A stretch of 64,000 bases of DNA, from positions 70,990 through 134,989 of the forward strand of contig CBDCTI010000011.1 of NCBI GenBank assembly GCA_965222025.1. The letters are read 5' to 3'. Source of the DNA: Dehalococcoidia bacterium (GTDB lineage: Bacteria; Chloroflexota; Dehalococcoidia; Lucifugimonadales; UBA3495). Of this stretch, positions 10,079 to 19,860 are shown one piece after another. The notes under the pieces are model-generated. The model had not been told where the DNA came from, ran no database searches, and saw nothing but the letters and a program-made list of their open reading frames with translations. Both the position numbers and the translations under genes were made by a program. Each line of letters starts with the position of its first letter. Position 1 is the first letter of the stretch.

Positions 10079-11347
10079 TCAGGTTGGCCAGGTCTGGGAG
10101 TCCATGAGCTGGCTCCAGCGGCCGTAGAAGGCGCGGTGGTTGTTCTCGCTGAGCCGGTAGTCGCTGGCCCACCCCAGAAGTTCCTCGTCGTAGCTGGCGT
10201 GTCCGAGGCCCATGCTAATGTTGAGCTGGTGTCGCCGGGAGACGACGCCGCGACCGGAGATGCTGCAGCCCTCCCAGTTGTCCATGTCGTCCTGCTCGAA
10301 GGCACCGGAGGGGCCGAAGGCGCGCAACGCCTGCAGGCGAAAGGCCTCCTTGACCTCCGGCGGCGCGGCTTTGTCGACATAGACGGCGGCCTGGATCTCG
10401 GTCCTGCCGGGGCCCTTGGGTTGCCAGACGCGGAAGGTGCGGGCCACGCTGCGCAACAGGGACAGGTTGGGGAAGATGGTGCCAGCGTGGGGGCGGATCA
10501 GCCGCAGCCGCTCGCCCATCCGCTTTGCGACCTCGTCGCGTATTGAATCCTCGTAGGCCAGAATTTCTGGCACGGCCGGGTCGGATGGATCGTCGGGGCC
10601 GAGGCCGACGATGCAGTGGCCGTTGCCAGGGGAGACCACGGCGCCCTCGCGGGAGGGTCGGGAGCGGAAATCGCCGCCGAATCCCGTGGTGACGGCCGAG
10701 AGGTGGCTCCAGCCGGTGTGGTAGCCGTCGCCGGCGAAGTTCTCTGCGGGCATCTTCCAGTTGGCGGGGATGATCCACTTGTGGATGCCGCCGATGACCT
10801 CAACACCGCCCTCACGCCGGTCGAAGAAGACGTCAAGATACCAGGTGGCGTCGCCGAGATAGTCCAAAAGGGGTGGTGCGTTGGGGTCGAAGGTGGCAAA
10901 GACCAGTCCCTTGTATGTATCGAGCTGGGCGACGGGGATGAGGCCCCACCTGGACTGGTCGAGCTCGCCGTAGTAGGCGTCCTGGAGGTTGGGGACTGCC
11001 TGAAGGGAGCCGTCGTTGTTGTAGGCCCAGCCGTGGTAGGCGCAGATGAAGGCGGCGGCGTTGCCGGAGTCGGCGCGGCAGAGTCGGTTGCCGCGGTGGC
11101 GGCAGATGTTCAGGAAGGCGCCGACCTTTCCGGAGCGGTCGCGCGCGACCAGCACGGGGTCCTCGCCCATGTAGGTGGTCAGGAAGTCGCCGGGTTTTGG
11201 GATCTGCGTCTCGTGGCAGAGGAAAAGCCAGCAGCGGGCGAAGATCTGCTCGAGTTCCTGCTGGTAGATTTCGTCGTCGCTGAAGATGCTGGGATTTATT
11301 ACGCCGTTCTCAGTGTCCACCAGGGAGGCCATTTGCATCGTTGCCAT
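10079..11347 (-). CDS. Rieske ring-hydroxylating oxygenase alpha subunit, paralogue 1
   Basis: CRHRG...CAYHGW Rieske motif, [14 protein letters not shown] and EQDD mononuclear-iron ligands, GGAGG RBS. Confidence 0.95.
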   Translation of the reverse strand: MATMQMASLVDTENGVINPSIFSDDEIYQQELEQIFARCWLFLCHETQIPKPGDFLTTYMGEDPVLVARDRSGKVGAFLNICRHRGNRLCRADSGNAAAFICAYHGWAYNNDGSLQAVPNLQDAYYGELDQSRWGLIPVAQLDTYKGLVFATFDPNAPPLLDYLGDATWYLDVFFDRREGGVEVIGGIHKWIIPANWKMPAENFAGDGYHTGWSHLSAVTTGFGGDFRSRPSREGAVVSPGNGHCIVGLGPDDPSDPAVPEILAYEDSIRDEVAKRMGERLRLIRPHAGTIFPNLSLLRSVARTFRVWQPKGPGRTEIQAAVYVDKAAPPEVKEAFRLQALRAFGPSGAFEQDDMDNWEGCSISGRGVVSRRHQLNISMGLGHASYDEELLGWASDYRLSENNHRAFYGRWSQLMDSQTWPT

Positions 11348-11389
11348 GGGGAACCTCCTCTCCGGTATCTGTGAAGAAAATTTCCGTAT

Positions 11390-11737
11390 CTACGGACGTA
11401 TCCGCACCCTGCTTTGGGTAACCGTGACGAGGTACCGGCTTTCTATTGCATGCGCGTTGTTCTCAACAAGATCGAGTACCGCTGCCACTTTGTCCTCAAC
11501 CGACATACGAACTAGCCGGATGATGCAAGGATGGGGAAGTCTACGCAGGAAAATAAGCTCTCCGAAGTCCTTGTCCTCGGTTATTATAGTCCGCTGTTCC
11601 TCTGTTGCCAGGGCCAGAATTTCTTCATCAGATGCCTTGGGGTTCCTTTCCACTACTGTCAGGACGTCATGTCCCTGCGATGTCAGTGTGGCCCTCATTT
11701 TGCGGGAGTCGGCGCACACGTCGAGCAGGAATTTCAT
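11390..11737 (-). CDS. DUF5615 PIN-like toxin (VapC45-like)
   Basis: MKFLLD...GHDV...ASDEEILALA..EQR.IITEDKDFGEL. Confidence 0.85.
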   Translation of the reverse strand: MKFLLDVCADSRKMRATLTSQGHDVLTVVERNPKASDEEILALATEEQRTIITEDKDFGELIFLRRLPHPCIIRLVRMSVEDKVAAVLDLVENNAHAIESRYLVTVTQSRVRIRP

Positions 11738-11743
11738 CGTTCT

Positions 11744-11992
11744 TTACCGGACGGGCACACGCTCGAAGACTGTTTCGCCCGCGACCGAGCGGTGAGCGTA
11801 GACGAGGCAGGCCAGGATGTCTTCGGGTTCAAGGACTGGATGCTCTTCGACAATGGTTTCCGGGGTATCGCCAGCGGCCAACATTGCCAGGATATGCTCC
11901 ACCGCTATGCGCATATCCCGAATGATTGGCTTGCCGCCGAAGACATCCGTCCGAACGGTAATTCGGCTTAGCAGCTCGTCGTTTGCTGTCAT
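11744..11992 (-). CDS. DUF433 antitoxin (VapB45-like)
   Basis: VFGGKPIIRDMRIAVEHIL..LA.G.T.E.I.EEHP.L..EDILACL.YA. Confidence 0.88.
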   Translation of the reverse strand: MTANDELLSRITVRTDVFGGKPIIRDMRIAVEHILAMLAAGDTPETIVEEHPVLEPEDILACLVYAHRSVAGETVFERVPVR

Positions 11993-12016
11993 TTACCTTT
12001 GTCTCCTCTCTTTTCG

Positions 12017-13285
12017 CTATAACTCCGCCCAGCTTCGGGCGGCCATGAGTTCGCTCCATCGCTGGTAGAAATGGCGCTGGTTGCTGTCGCTGTAGCGGTA
12101 CTCGCTGGTCATGGCCTCGTAGTCGCTGTTGTATGACTCGTGGCCGAGGCCCATCTGGTAGTTGAGCATCTGGCGGCGGGCCACCACGCCCCGACTGGTG
12201 AGGGTGCACTCCTGCCAGTTGTCCATGTCATCCTGTTCGAAGGTGCCGGAGGGGCTGAATCCCCAGATTGCGGTCTTGCGGATGGCCTCCTTGATCTCGG
12301 GCGGGGCGGCCTTGTCGGCGAAGGCCCACGACCAGATCTCGATGCTGTGGGGGCCCTTGGGATGCCAGACCCGGAAGGAGTGGGAGCTGCCCCGCAGGAA
12401 GGAGAAATTGGGGAAGGTGGTGCCCACCACCGGGTTCAGCTGTTTGGCACGGGGACCCAGCCTAGATTCCAGTTCGGCGCGGGTTTCCTCCTCGTAGTCC
12501 TTCATTATCTGCAACGGCGCGCCCGTCTGGTCGGCGGCCACGGTGATCATGCCGTGGCCGTTGCCCGGGGACACCGGCCCGCCGCCCGGCACGGAGGATG
12601 CAGTCACGCCGACGCTGAAGCCGGCCTTGATCGGCGACAGGTGGGACCACTGGACGTGGTAGGCGTCGCCTATGAAGTTCTCGGCCGGCATTTTCCAGTT
12701 GCAGGGCACCACCCACTTGTGGACGCCCCCCAGGACCTCGACGCCGCCCTCGCGGCGGTCGAAAAGGGTGTCCAGGTACCAGGCCATCGAGCCGAGGTAG
12801 TCCAGCAGCGGCGGTGCATTGGCGTCGAAGGTGGCGAAAATCAGCCCTTTGTATGTGTCAAGCTGGGCGACGGGGATGAGGCCCCATTTGGACTGGTCGA
12901 GCTCGTTGTAGTAGGCGTCCTGCAGGTTGGGCACGGCCTGGAGCTTGCCGTCGGCACCGTATCCCCAGCCGTGGTAGGCGCAGATGAAGGTGCCTGCGTT
13001 GCCGTCGTCGGCGCGGCACAGCCGGTTGCCCCGGTGGCGGCAGATGTTCAGGAAGGCGTTGACCTTGCCCTGCCGGTCCCGAGTTACGAGGATGGGGTCC
13101 TCGCCCATGTAGGTGGTGAAGAAGTCGCCGGGGTTGGGGATCTGGGTCTCGTGGCAGAGGAAGAGCCAGCAGCGGGCGAAGATCTGCTCCAGTTCTTCTT
13201 GGTAAATGGACTCCTCGCTGAAGATGCGGGGACTGATCAGGCCCCTATCGAGGTCTACCAGCGATGAAACGTTGGCCAGGACCAT
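12017..13285 (-). CDS. Rieske ring-hydroxylating oxygenase alpha subunit, paralogue 2
   Basis: Same motifs; [14 protein letters not shown]. Confidence 0.95.
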   Translation of the reverse strand: MVLANVSSLVDLDRGLISPRIFSEESIYQEELEQIFARCWLFLCHETQIPNPGDFFTTYMGEDPILVTRDRQGKVNAFLNICRHRGNRLCRADDGNAGTFICAYHGWGYGADGKLQAVPNLQDAYYNELDQSKWGLIPVAQLDTYKGLIFATFDANAPPLLDYLGSMAWYLDTLFDRREGGVEVLGGVHKWVVPCNWKMPAENFIGDAYHVQWSHLSPIKAGFSVGVTASSVPGGGPVSPGNGHGMITVAADQTGAPLQIMKDYEEETRAELESRLGPRAKQLNPVVGTTFPNFSFLRGSSHSFRVWHPKGPHSIEIWSWAFADKAAPPEIKEAIRKTAIWGFSPSGTFEQDDMDNWQECTLTSRGVVARRQMLNYQMGLGHESYNSDYEAMTSEYRYSDSNQRHFYQRWSELMAARSWAEL

Positions 13286-13340
13286 AATTCCGTACCTCCC
13301 TCTGCGTTCTCTTTCGCTTTACGATGATGCTTTTGGGGAA

Positions 13341-13351
13341 TTGTATTACAA
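13341..13351. promoter_or_regulatory. Palindrome TTGTATTACAA upstream of alpha paralogue 2
   Basis: An identical copy lies upstream of paralogue 3 at a similar distance (about 55 bp). Confidence 0.65.
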
Positions 13352-13382
13352 GCGGGCGGGAAAGGTAAGAAAGAGGGCCGGG

Positions 13383-13537
13383 AGGGTCATTCGATTATAG
13401 ATTACAAGCCTGGCCATTATTGCCAGTCCGTTCGTGGTTAGCTTGTCGAACCATGAACGAACGACCCTTCGACAAGCCCAGCACAGGCCCTTAGACAAGC
13501 TCAGGGCCAACGGGTTTGCCGATAATCGAATGACCCT
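13383..13537. mobile_element. MITE-like element with 16-bp terminal inverted repeats
   Basis: AGGGTCATTCGATTAT (13383-13398) and ATAATCGAATGACCCT (13522-13537); flanks GGCCGGG/GGCTGGG; internal CTTCGACAAGC-type repeats. Confidence 0.5.
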
Positions 13538-13835
13538 GGCTGGGAGGGCAGGAAGATTGCGTAGTCGCTGTCAATTCGTTGTCGATGAACGCGTAGAAGC
13601 TGCAACGGGTTCTGTACGTCTGCCCTATGACGAGCTCTGGACTACCGGTTTGTGTGCTCGAACGACTTTGCAACCGTCCTGCTGGGAGGGTAGGGCCTTC
13701 CGATTACTGAATACTCTTTTGCAATGGGAGTGTTGATGAGCCGTCCGCTCGTGGTTCGACGGGCTCACCATGAACCGACTGGCGTCGTGCCGGGAAAAAC
13801 AGAAAGACTCTGCCTGAACGGTTGGCCAGCAATTC

Positions 13836-13863
13836 AGAAGGGCGCACTGCTGTGCGCCCTTAC
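13836..13863. repeat. GTAG-type REP variant
   Basis: AAGGGCGCAC-TGCT-GTGCGCCCTT; relatives at 32667-32690 and 46637-46662. Confidence 0.6.
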
Positions 13864-13916
13864 TTCATTGGTTAGCCGCGGTTAACCGCTTTAATTCAGA
13901 GAATACGCTGATCTGG

Positions 13917-15185
13917 CTACAAGTCGGCCCAGCCGCTGGCGGCCATCATCTCGCTCCAGCGTTTGTAAAACTGGCGCTGGTTGCTGTCGCTGAACCTGAA
14001 CTCGCTGGTAAGGCCCTCATTCTCTTCGCTGTAGCTCTCGTGGCCGAGCCCCATCTGGTAGTTGAGCATCTGGCGGCGGGCGACGACGCCCCGGCTGGTG
14101 AGGGTGCAGTTCTGCCAGTTGTCCATGTCGTCCTGCTCCAGGGTGCCGGAGGGGCTGAAGCCGCGGATGGCGATGAGGCGGATGGCGTCCTTGACCTCGG
14201 GTGGCGCGGCTCTGTCGGCGAATACCCAGGACCAGATTTCGATGTGGTCGGGCCCCTTGGGATGCCAGACCCGAAAGCTCCGGGCGCTGGACTTTAGGAA
14301 GGAGAGATTGGGGAAGATGGTGCCCACCATGGGGTTCAGCGTCTCGGCTCGGGGGCCCAGGCGCTTTTCCACCTCGGCGCGGATCTCGATCTCGTAATTC
14401 TTGAGGGCTTCCATGGGCTCGCTGGTGGAACCGCTGACGGCGCACCAGATGCCATGGCCGTTGCCGGTGGAAACCTGGCCGCCACCAGCCACGGTCTGGA
14501 TGGTGGGCCCCACGCTGAATCCCTGGAGTATGGGAGACAGGTGGGACCAAGGAGTGTGGTAGGTGTCGCCTATGAAGTTGTCGGCCGGAAACTTCCAGTT
14601 GCAGGGCGCGACCCACTTGTGCACGCCGCCGATGACCTCGACGCCGCCATCGCGCCTGTCGAAGATGGCGTCGAGGTACCAGGTGATGGGTCCCAGGTAG
14701 TCCAGCAGCGGCGGGGCAGACGGGTCGAAGGTGGCGAAGATGAGACCCTTGTAGGTGTCGAGCTGGGCCACCGGGATGAGACCCCACTTGGACTGGTCGA
14801 GCTCGTTGTAGTAGGCGTCCTGGAGATTGGGCACGGCCTGGAGCTTGCCGTCGGCACCGTATCCCCAGCCGTGGTAGGCGCAGATGAAGGTGCCTGCGTT
14901 GCCGTCGTCGGCGCGACACAGCCGGTTGCCCCGGTGGCGGCAGATGTTCAGGAAGGCGTTGACCTTACCCTGACGGTCGCGGGTTACGAGAACGGGGTCC
15001 TCCCCCATGTAGGTGGTAAAGAAGTCCCCGGGGTTGGGAATCTGGGTCTCGTGGCAGAGGAAGAGCCAGCAGCGGGCGAAGATATGCTCCAGTTCTTCCT
15101 GGTAAATGGGTTCCTCGCTGAAGATGCGGGGGCTGATTAGGCCCCTGTCGGAGTCTACCAGCGAAGAGACGTCTGTAAGGACCAT
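13917..15185 (-). CDS. Rieske ring-hydroxylating oxygenase alpha subunit, paralogue 3
   Basis: Same motifs; [14 protein letters not shown]. Confidence 0.95.
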   Translation of the reverse strand: MVLTDVSSLVDSDRGLISPRIFSEEPIYQEELEHIFARCWLFLCHETQIPNPGDFFTTYMGEDPVLVTRDRQGKVNAFLNICRHRGNRLCRADDGNAGTFICAYHGWGYGADGKLQAVPNLQDAYYNELDQSKWGLIPVAQLDTYKGLIFATFDPSAPPLLDYLGPITWYLDAIFDRRDGGVEVIGGVHKWVAPCNWKFPADNFIGDTYHTPWSHLSPILQGFSVGPTIQTVAGGGQVSTGNGHGIWCAVSGSTSEPMEALKNYEIEIRAEVEKRLGPRAETLNPMVGTIFPNLSFLKSSARSFRVWHPKGPDHIEIWSWVFADRAAPPEVKDAIRLIAIRGFSPSGTLEQDDMDNWQNCTLTSRGVVARRQMLNYQMGLGHESYSEENEGLTSEFRFSDSNQRQFYKRWSEMMAASGWADL

Positions 15186-15237
15186 TGAGTCGGCCTCCGT
15201 GGGCGCGGGCGTTGAAATCAGGCGGTGCTCAGCAGGA

Positions 15238-15248
15238 TTGTATTACAA
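15238..15248. promoter_or_regulatory. Palindrome TTGTATTACAA upstream of alpha paralogue 3
   Basis: Identical to 13341-13351. Confidence 0.65.
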
Positions 15249-15307
15249 GCATACGGAAACCGTAACCATCAGGATGAGAGTCGTAAGCTAAAGGCAATGG
15301 ACCGGTG

Positions 15308-16105
15308 CTAGTGCCCCGAACGATGGATGACGACGGTTTCGGCGTGGAGGCGGGCCAGGGCCACTGTATCGTCGTCATCAGCGGCGTCGCCCATGACGCA
15401 GATGATGCCCCAGAGGCCGTCGCGGGCCTCGCGGGCGGCGCGGTTGACCAGCTCCTCGCGGTTGCCGGAGTGCATGGTCAGCTTTACGCCGCGCACCAAG
15501 TGGTCCACGGCGGCAAGGGCCTGCGGCTCGGCCACCACGTAGTCGGCCATGTTGAGCATGTCCTTGACCTCGGCGGAGAGGCGTGAGGGGTCACCGTCGC
15601 CGAGGACGGCGATGTTCAGGGCGCGGTCCTGGGAGCGGAAGGAGGCGACGAACTGGCGGGTGAGGTCGACCTGGCGGGCGTGGCTGGCCTCGTGTCCCGA
15701 AGAGCGTTCAAGGAGTTCGAGCAGGGTGAGGCCGGGGAAGGAGTTGGCCGGATTGGGCGGCGTTGCCGGTCGGGCCAACTGCTCGGGGGTGAGGTCGGTG
15801 AGCAGAGCGCGCAACCGGCGGTGTGTGGCTTCCTGTTGCTCCAACTCCTGTCGGAAGTGCTCCTCGCGACTGGAGAAGGGGGGCAACATGTCCATCTCGC
15901 CTTGGGAGATCTTCTCCAGCGCGTCAACATAGCGCTCGTAGTCGAGGTGCAGCAGGACGTCGCGGACCGACCAGCGCTGGCCGAGGAAGGCCTCTTCAGC
16001 CTCCATTCCCTCGAGGGATTTCAGCAGGATTTCGTGGCCTTCGTCGAGGCGTTGGAGGGCTGCGTCACGGCGATTGAGGATAGATTCTCGTTCTTCAGGG
16101 GACAA
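15308..16105 (-). CDS. DinB-like domain fused to a tetrapyrrole-methylase-like N-lobe
   Basis: TTG 16105 with GGAGG RBS. WSVRDVLLHL...HEASHARQ is the DinB His triad; IAVLGDGDPSRLS.E...L..ADYVV resembles a TP-methylase start. Confidence 0.6.
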   Translation of the reverse strand: MSPEERESILNRRDAALQRLDEGHEILLKSLEGMEAEEAFLGQRWSVRDVLLHLDYERYVDALEKISQGEMDMLPPFSSREEHFRQELEQQEATHRRLRALLTDLTPEQLARPATPPNPANSFPGLTLLELLERSSGHEASHARQVDLTRQFVASFRSQDRALNIAVLGDGDPSRLSAEVKDMLNMADYVVAEPQALAAVDHLVRGVKLTMHSGNREELVNRAAREARDGLWGIICVMGDAADDDDTVALARLHAETVVIHRSGH

Positions 16106-16208
16106 ATGGGCCTCCGTTGACTCGTGTCCAGATGATCCTGCGCGATTATAGCGGCCAGGCGTCGAAGCGGCGATGCTACAATCGTTGCGTATGGTTGCCA
16201 GCAAGACA

Positions 16209-16940
16209 ATGAACGGCGAGAGGATTTCCGCAGTGGGCCTGCGGCGTATGCTGGACGATTTGGCGGCGAACGTCGAAGGTGAACCCTCGTCGTCGCTGTA
16301 CCTTGTGCCCGGGGACCGGCCCGATCCGGCCGCACTGGCCGCTACCGGGTGGGCTTCGCTTGTGTCGGAGCCTGGAGAAGCTGCGCTGCGGGACGGCTGT
16401 GGGCTGGTGGGGTTGCGAGTGGGCGAACGCGGACTGCTGATTGCGCCGCCCTTTCCGGTGGCCGAGTCGTTCGTTTCGTTGGACTGGGATGACGAGGCGC
16501 TGAGGCTAATCCTGGACGCGAACTACACCGTGGGTGTGGTGCTGGTACGGCTGGGCAGGTTTTCGGTTGCGGTGTTCCGCGGTGGAGAGCTGCTGGAGTC
16601 GAAGACGGACTCGCGTTACGTAAAAGGCAAGCACCACGCGGGAGGAACGTCGCAGTTAAGATACACCCGAGTGCGGGAAGGGCAGATCAGGCGGCTGTAC
16701 GACAAGGTGTGCGAAGAGGTGGGAGGACGGCTAGCCCATCCGGCAGCGAAGCTGGACTACATGGTGTTGGGTGGCGAGCGGTTCACGCTGAACGGGTTGC
16801 TGAAGGACTGCCCGGCGCTGGCCGCGATGGGGCCGATCACGCTGAATCGGAGGCTGAACATACGCGATCCCAAGCGCGATACATTGTCTCAGGTTGCGTG
16901 GATGCTGACAGAGAGCCGAGTGTGGGAAGTGGAGTTTTAA
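16209..16940 (+). CDS. acVLRF1 (Vms1/ANKZF1-like release factor family)
   Basis: VVLVRLGRFSVAVF...SKTDSRYVKGKHHAGGTSQLRYTRVRE with the GGxSQ loop. Alternative start 16173. Confidence 0.8.
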   Translation: MNGERISAVGLRRMLDDLAANVEGEPSSSLYLVPGDRPDPAALAATGWASLVSEPGEAALRDGCGLVGLRVGERGLLIAPPFPVAESFVSLDWDDEALRLILDANYTVGVVLVRLGRFSVAVFRGGELLESKTDSRYVKGKHHAGGTSQLRYTRVREGQIRRLYDKVCEEVGGRLAHPAAKLDYMVLGGERFTLNGLLKDCPALAAMGPITLNRRLNIRDPKRDTLSQVAWMLTESRVWEVEF

Positions 16941-17038
16941 GGGTTACTGCTGCGGGAGTCCACAGGCGAGCAAGAGTGTGTATCCGCAGTCAAGCTCATA
17001 CCTCAAACGACGGTCAAGAATAGGATGGAGATGGCTGA

Positions 17039-19543
17039 ATGACCCTGGGCGGTTTTGAGTCGGCGGGGCGGTTGCTGGAATTCGACCAGGTGCTGGTGCG
17101 ACTGGCGGCATATGCCCGCACGTTCATCGGGCGGGAAAAGGTGGCGGCGCTAGAGCCGTCCGAAGACCTGCTTGAGGTGGCGACCCGGCAACAGGAGACC
17201 ACCGAAACCCGGCGCTACATTGACGGTGGGGGCTCGCTGGAGTTCGGCCCTGAGCAGGACATCCGGGAACTGATACACCGGGCCATCCTCGGCGGCCTGC
17301 TGCGGGGAGAGGAGCTGTACTCGGTCCGCACCTTTGCCCGTGCCGCGCGCATCGACCGCGATGAGCTCAGCCGCAAGGGGGACCTTCCGCTTCTTTCAAG
17401 CCTGGCCAGCAACATCCCGGAGCTGGGGCACCTGGACAACGAGATCGGCTCGGCCGTCAGCCCGGCGGGGGAGGTGCTGGACTACGCCAGCCCACTGCTG
17501 GGGAGGCTGCGGACCGAATCCCGGCAGGCGCAGAGCCGCCTGAACGACATAATGGAGCGCAACCTGCGGAGGTTCCAGCGGGCCGAAGTAGTGCAGGAAC
17601 CGCTGATCACGCAGCGCAACGGCCGCATGGTGCTGCTGATCAAGACCGAGATGCGTCCCAGGGTTCCGGGCATTGTCCACGACGTCTCGGACAGCGGCGC
17701 AACCGTGTTCCTGGAGCCGATGGCTGCAGTGGACATGGGGAACCGATGGCGGGAGGCCCGGCTGGCCGAAGAGCGGGAGGTGGAGCGAGTGCTGCGGCAG
17801 CTGTCGATCCGCGTGGGGGAGACGGGGGAGGACCTGCTGCTGGCGCTGGACATATTGGCGCGACTGGACTTGGACGTGGCCAAGGCGCGCTACTCGGCCG
17901 CGCTTCGGGCCATCCCGCCGGTCATTGAGGAGCCAGAAGATTCCGCAGAACGAGCAGAAGAGGGCTCTGAACATGACGCGACGCGCCGGCTTCACCTGAG
18001 CCGCGCGCGCCATCCACTACTGGCTGGCAATGTTGTGCCGATCAGCTTGTCGCTTGACTCGGAGCGCGGGGTGCTGCTCGTCACCGGGCCCAACGCGGGT
18101 GGTAAGACCGTGGCGCTCAAGACAGTGGGTCTGCTGGCGATGATGGCCCACGCCGGGCTGCACGTTCCGGCTGAGGACGCACACTTCCCTGGGTTCGACG
18201 GCATCTACGCCGATATCGGGGACCAGCAGAGCATCCAGCAGTCGCTGTCCACCTTCAGTTCGCACATCACGAACCTGCTTAGCATCATGCGCCGGGCCTC
18301 TGAGCGGTCGCTGGTGCTGGTGGACGAGTTGGGGACCAGCACCGACCCAGAGGAAGGGGCCGCGCTGGCCAGTGCCGTGCTGCGGCACTTCCAGCGCATG
18401 GGCGTCTTCTTGATCGGCACAACGCACCAGCGAGGGGTGGCCCGAACCGTGCAGGAGCACCCGGGGATGGTCAACGCCAGCGTGGACCTGGACCCGATGA
18501 CCCTGGCGCCTTCATACCAGCTGACCGTGGGGCTGCCAGGCCGGAGCTACGCGCTGACCATCGCGTCCCGGCTGGGGCTACCGCAGGAGATTATCGATGA
18601 CGCCAGCGCGGGCATTTCGCCGATGGAGCAGGCCACTGAATTGCTGCTTCGGGAACTGCAGCAAGAACGGCAAACGGTTGAACGGCTGAAGGACGAGGCG
18701 GAGTCGTCGCGCATTGCAGCGGTGAAAATACAGCGAGATCTGGAAGAGCAGCTGGGGTCGGTTGAGGCCACCAAGACGGAACTGGTGGAAGAGGCCCGCC
18801 GGGAATTGCAGCTTCGCACCAGCGGGATAATGGACAGACTGCAGCGGGCGGAACGGACTCTGTCACATCCTCCTGCCAGTCCACCCGCCGGGGAACTGGC
18901 GGCCAGCGCAGTAACAGCGTCGGTGTCGCCTAACCGTACATCGTCACAGCAGGGGCAGCAAGCTGAGTTTCGTGAGCAACAGGATGCGCTCCGGGGGGTG
19001 CAACGAGAGCTGGATGACGCCAACTGGCAACCCATCGAGATCAGGCGTACGCCATGGCAGGAAATGCTGAAGACCGGCGACCGGGTATACGTTCGGGGCA
19101 TCAGCCAGCCGGTGGAGGTAATTACTCCGCCCGACAGGTCGTCAAGCTCGAGCCAGGCTCAACGGGTGGAGGTGTTGCTGGGGACGATGCGGGCCAAGAT
19201 ACCCGTGTACCAGTTGCAGAGCCTCGCGGAGGGACATCCGGCAGCGGCCCGGCAGGGAGTGTACCTGGACCGGGCGGTGAGCCGTCCCGCCGCGCCACGC
19301 CGCCCGGACCCTGAGATGGACCTGCGCGGTCTGCGGGTGGATGAGGCGGTGGCGCGGGTGGATACGGCGCTGAACGACGCCGCGATGGACGGGGTAGGGA
19401 TGCTGCGTATCATCCACGGCAAGGGGACGGGTGCGCTGCGGCGGGCAATCCGCGAATATTTGTCCAGCCACCCGCTGGTGGAAACCGCGGCGGACGGGGA
19501 GGGGCCCGGGGGAGAAGGGGTTACGGTGGCGCACCTGCGGTAG
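17039..19543 (+). CDS. mutS2: MutS2 (ATPase, coiled coil, KOW, Smr)
   Basis: GPNAGGKT, LVLVDELGTSTD, TTH, GLPGRSYA, KTGDRVYV, DLRG...IIHGKGTGALR. Confidence 0.95.
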   Translation: MTLGGFESAGRLLEFDQVLVRLAAYARTFIGREKVAALEPSEDLLEVATRQQETTETRRYIDGGGSLEFGPEQDIRELIHRAILGGLLRGEELYSVRTFARAARIDRDELSRKGDLPLLSSLASNIPELGHLDNEIGSAVSPAGEVLDYASPLLGRLRTESRQAQSRLNDIMERNLRRFQRAEVVQEPLITQRNGRMVLLIKTEMRPRVPGIVHDVSDSGATVFLEPMAAVDMGNRWREARLAEEREVERVLRQLSIRVGETGEDLLLALDILARLDLDVAKARYSAALRAIPPVIEEPEDSAERAEEGSEHDATRRLHLSRARHPLLAGNVVPISLSLDSERGVLLVTGPNAGGKTVALKTVGLLAMMAHAGLHVPAEDAHFPGFDGIYADIGDQQSIQQSLSTFSSHITNLLSIMRRASERSLVLVDELGTSTDPEEGAALASAVLRHFQRMGVFLIGTTHQRGVARTVQEHPGMVNASVDLDPMTLAPSYQLTVGLPGRSYALTIASRLGLPQEIIDDASAGISPMEQATELLLRELQQERQTVERLKDEAESSRIAAVKIQRDLEEQLGSVEATKTELVEEARRELQLRTSGIMDRLQRAERTLSHPPASPPAGELAASAVTASVSPNRTSSQQGQQAEFREQQDALRGVQRELDDANWQPIEIRRTPWQEMLKTGDRVYVRGISQPVEVITPPDRSSSSSQAQRVEVLLGTMRAKIPVYQLQSLAEGHPAAARQGVYLDRAVSRPAAPRRPDPEMDLRGLRVDEAVARVDTALNDAAMDGVGMLRIIHGKGTGALRRAIREYLSSHPLVETAADGEGPGGEGVTVAHLR

Positions 19544-19569
19544 GATGAGCGGAATGTTACCTGCTCAAG

Positions 19570-19860
19570 CTAGGGATTTCGATTTGAGGCATCTTTGACA
19601 TTGCCCTTAAGGGAGTCCGGGAACAGGTATGGCCTCAGTAATTCCGCTGCGTTTTCAAGGGTAATTCCTACCACTTCTCCCTCCTCGTTGGACTCTGCGG
19701 TCAAATGCTTTGCGACCATTTCTCCGTATCCAGCCGGACACCCGTTCCAGAGAGACAAAGTGTCCGAAACTGGGTCGTAGTAGATGTCCAAATCCCGAAG
19801 GGACAGAGTCTTCCCTATTGACTGATCCATTTCAACGGCCAATTCGTCGTCGGATTTCAC
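19570..19860 (-). CDS. DUF2283-like protein (putative antitoxin)
   Basis: IYYDPVSDTLSL...E.NEEGEVVGITLENA. GTG start overlaps the upstream TGA (GTGA). Confidence 0.65.
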   Translation of the reverse strand: MKSDDELAVEMDQSIGKTLSLRDLDIYYDPVSDTLSLWNGCPAGYGEMVAKHLTAESNEEGEVVGITLENAAELLRPYLFPDSLKGNVKDASNRNP

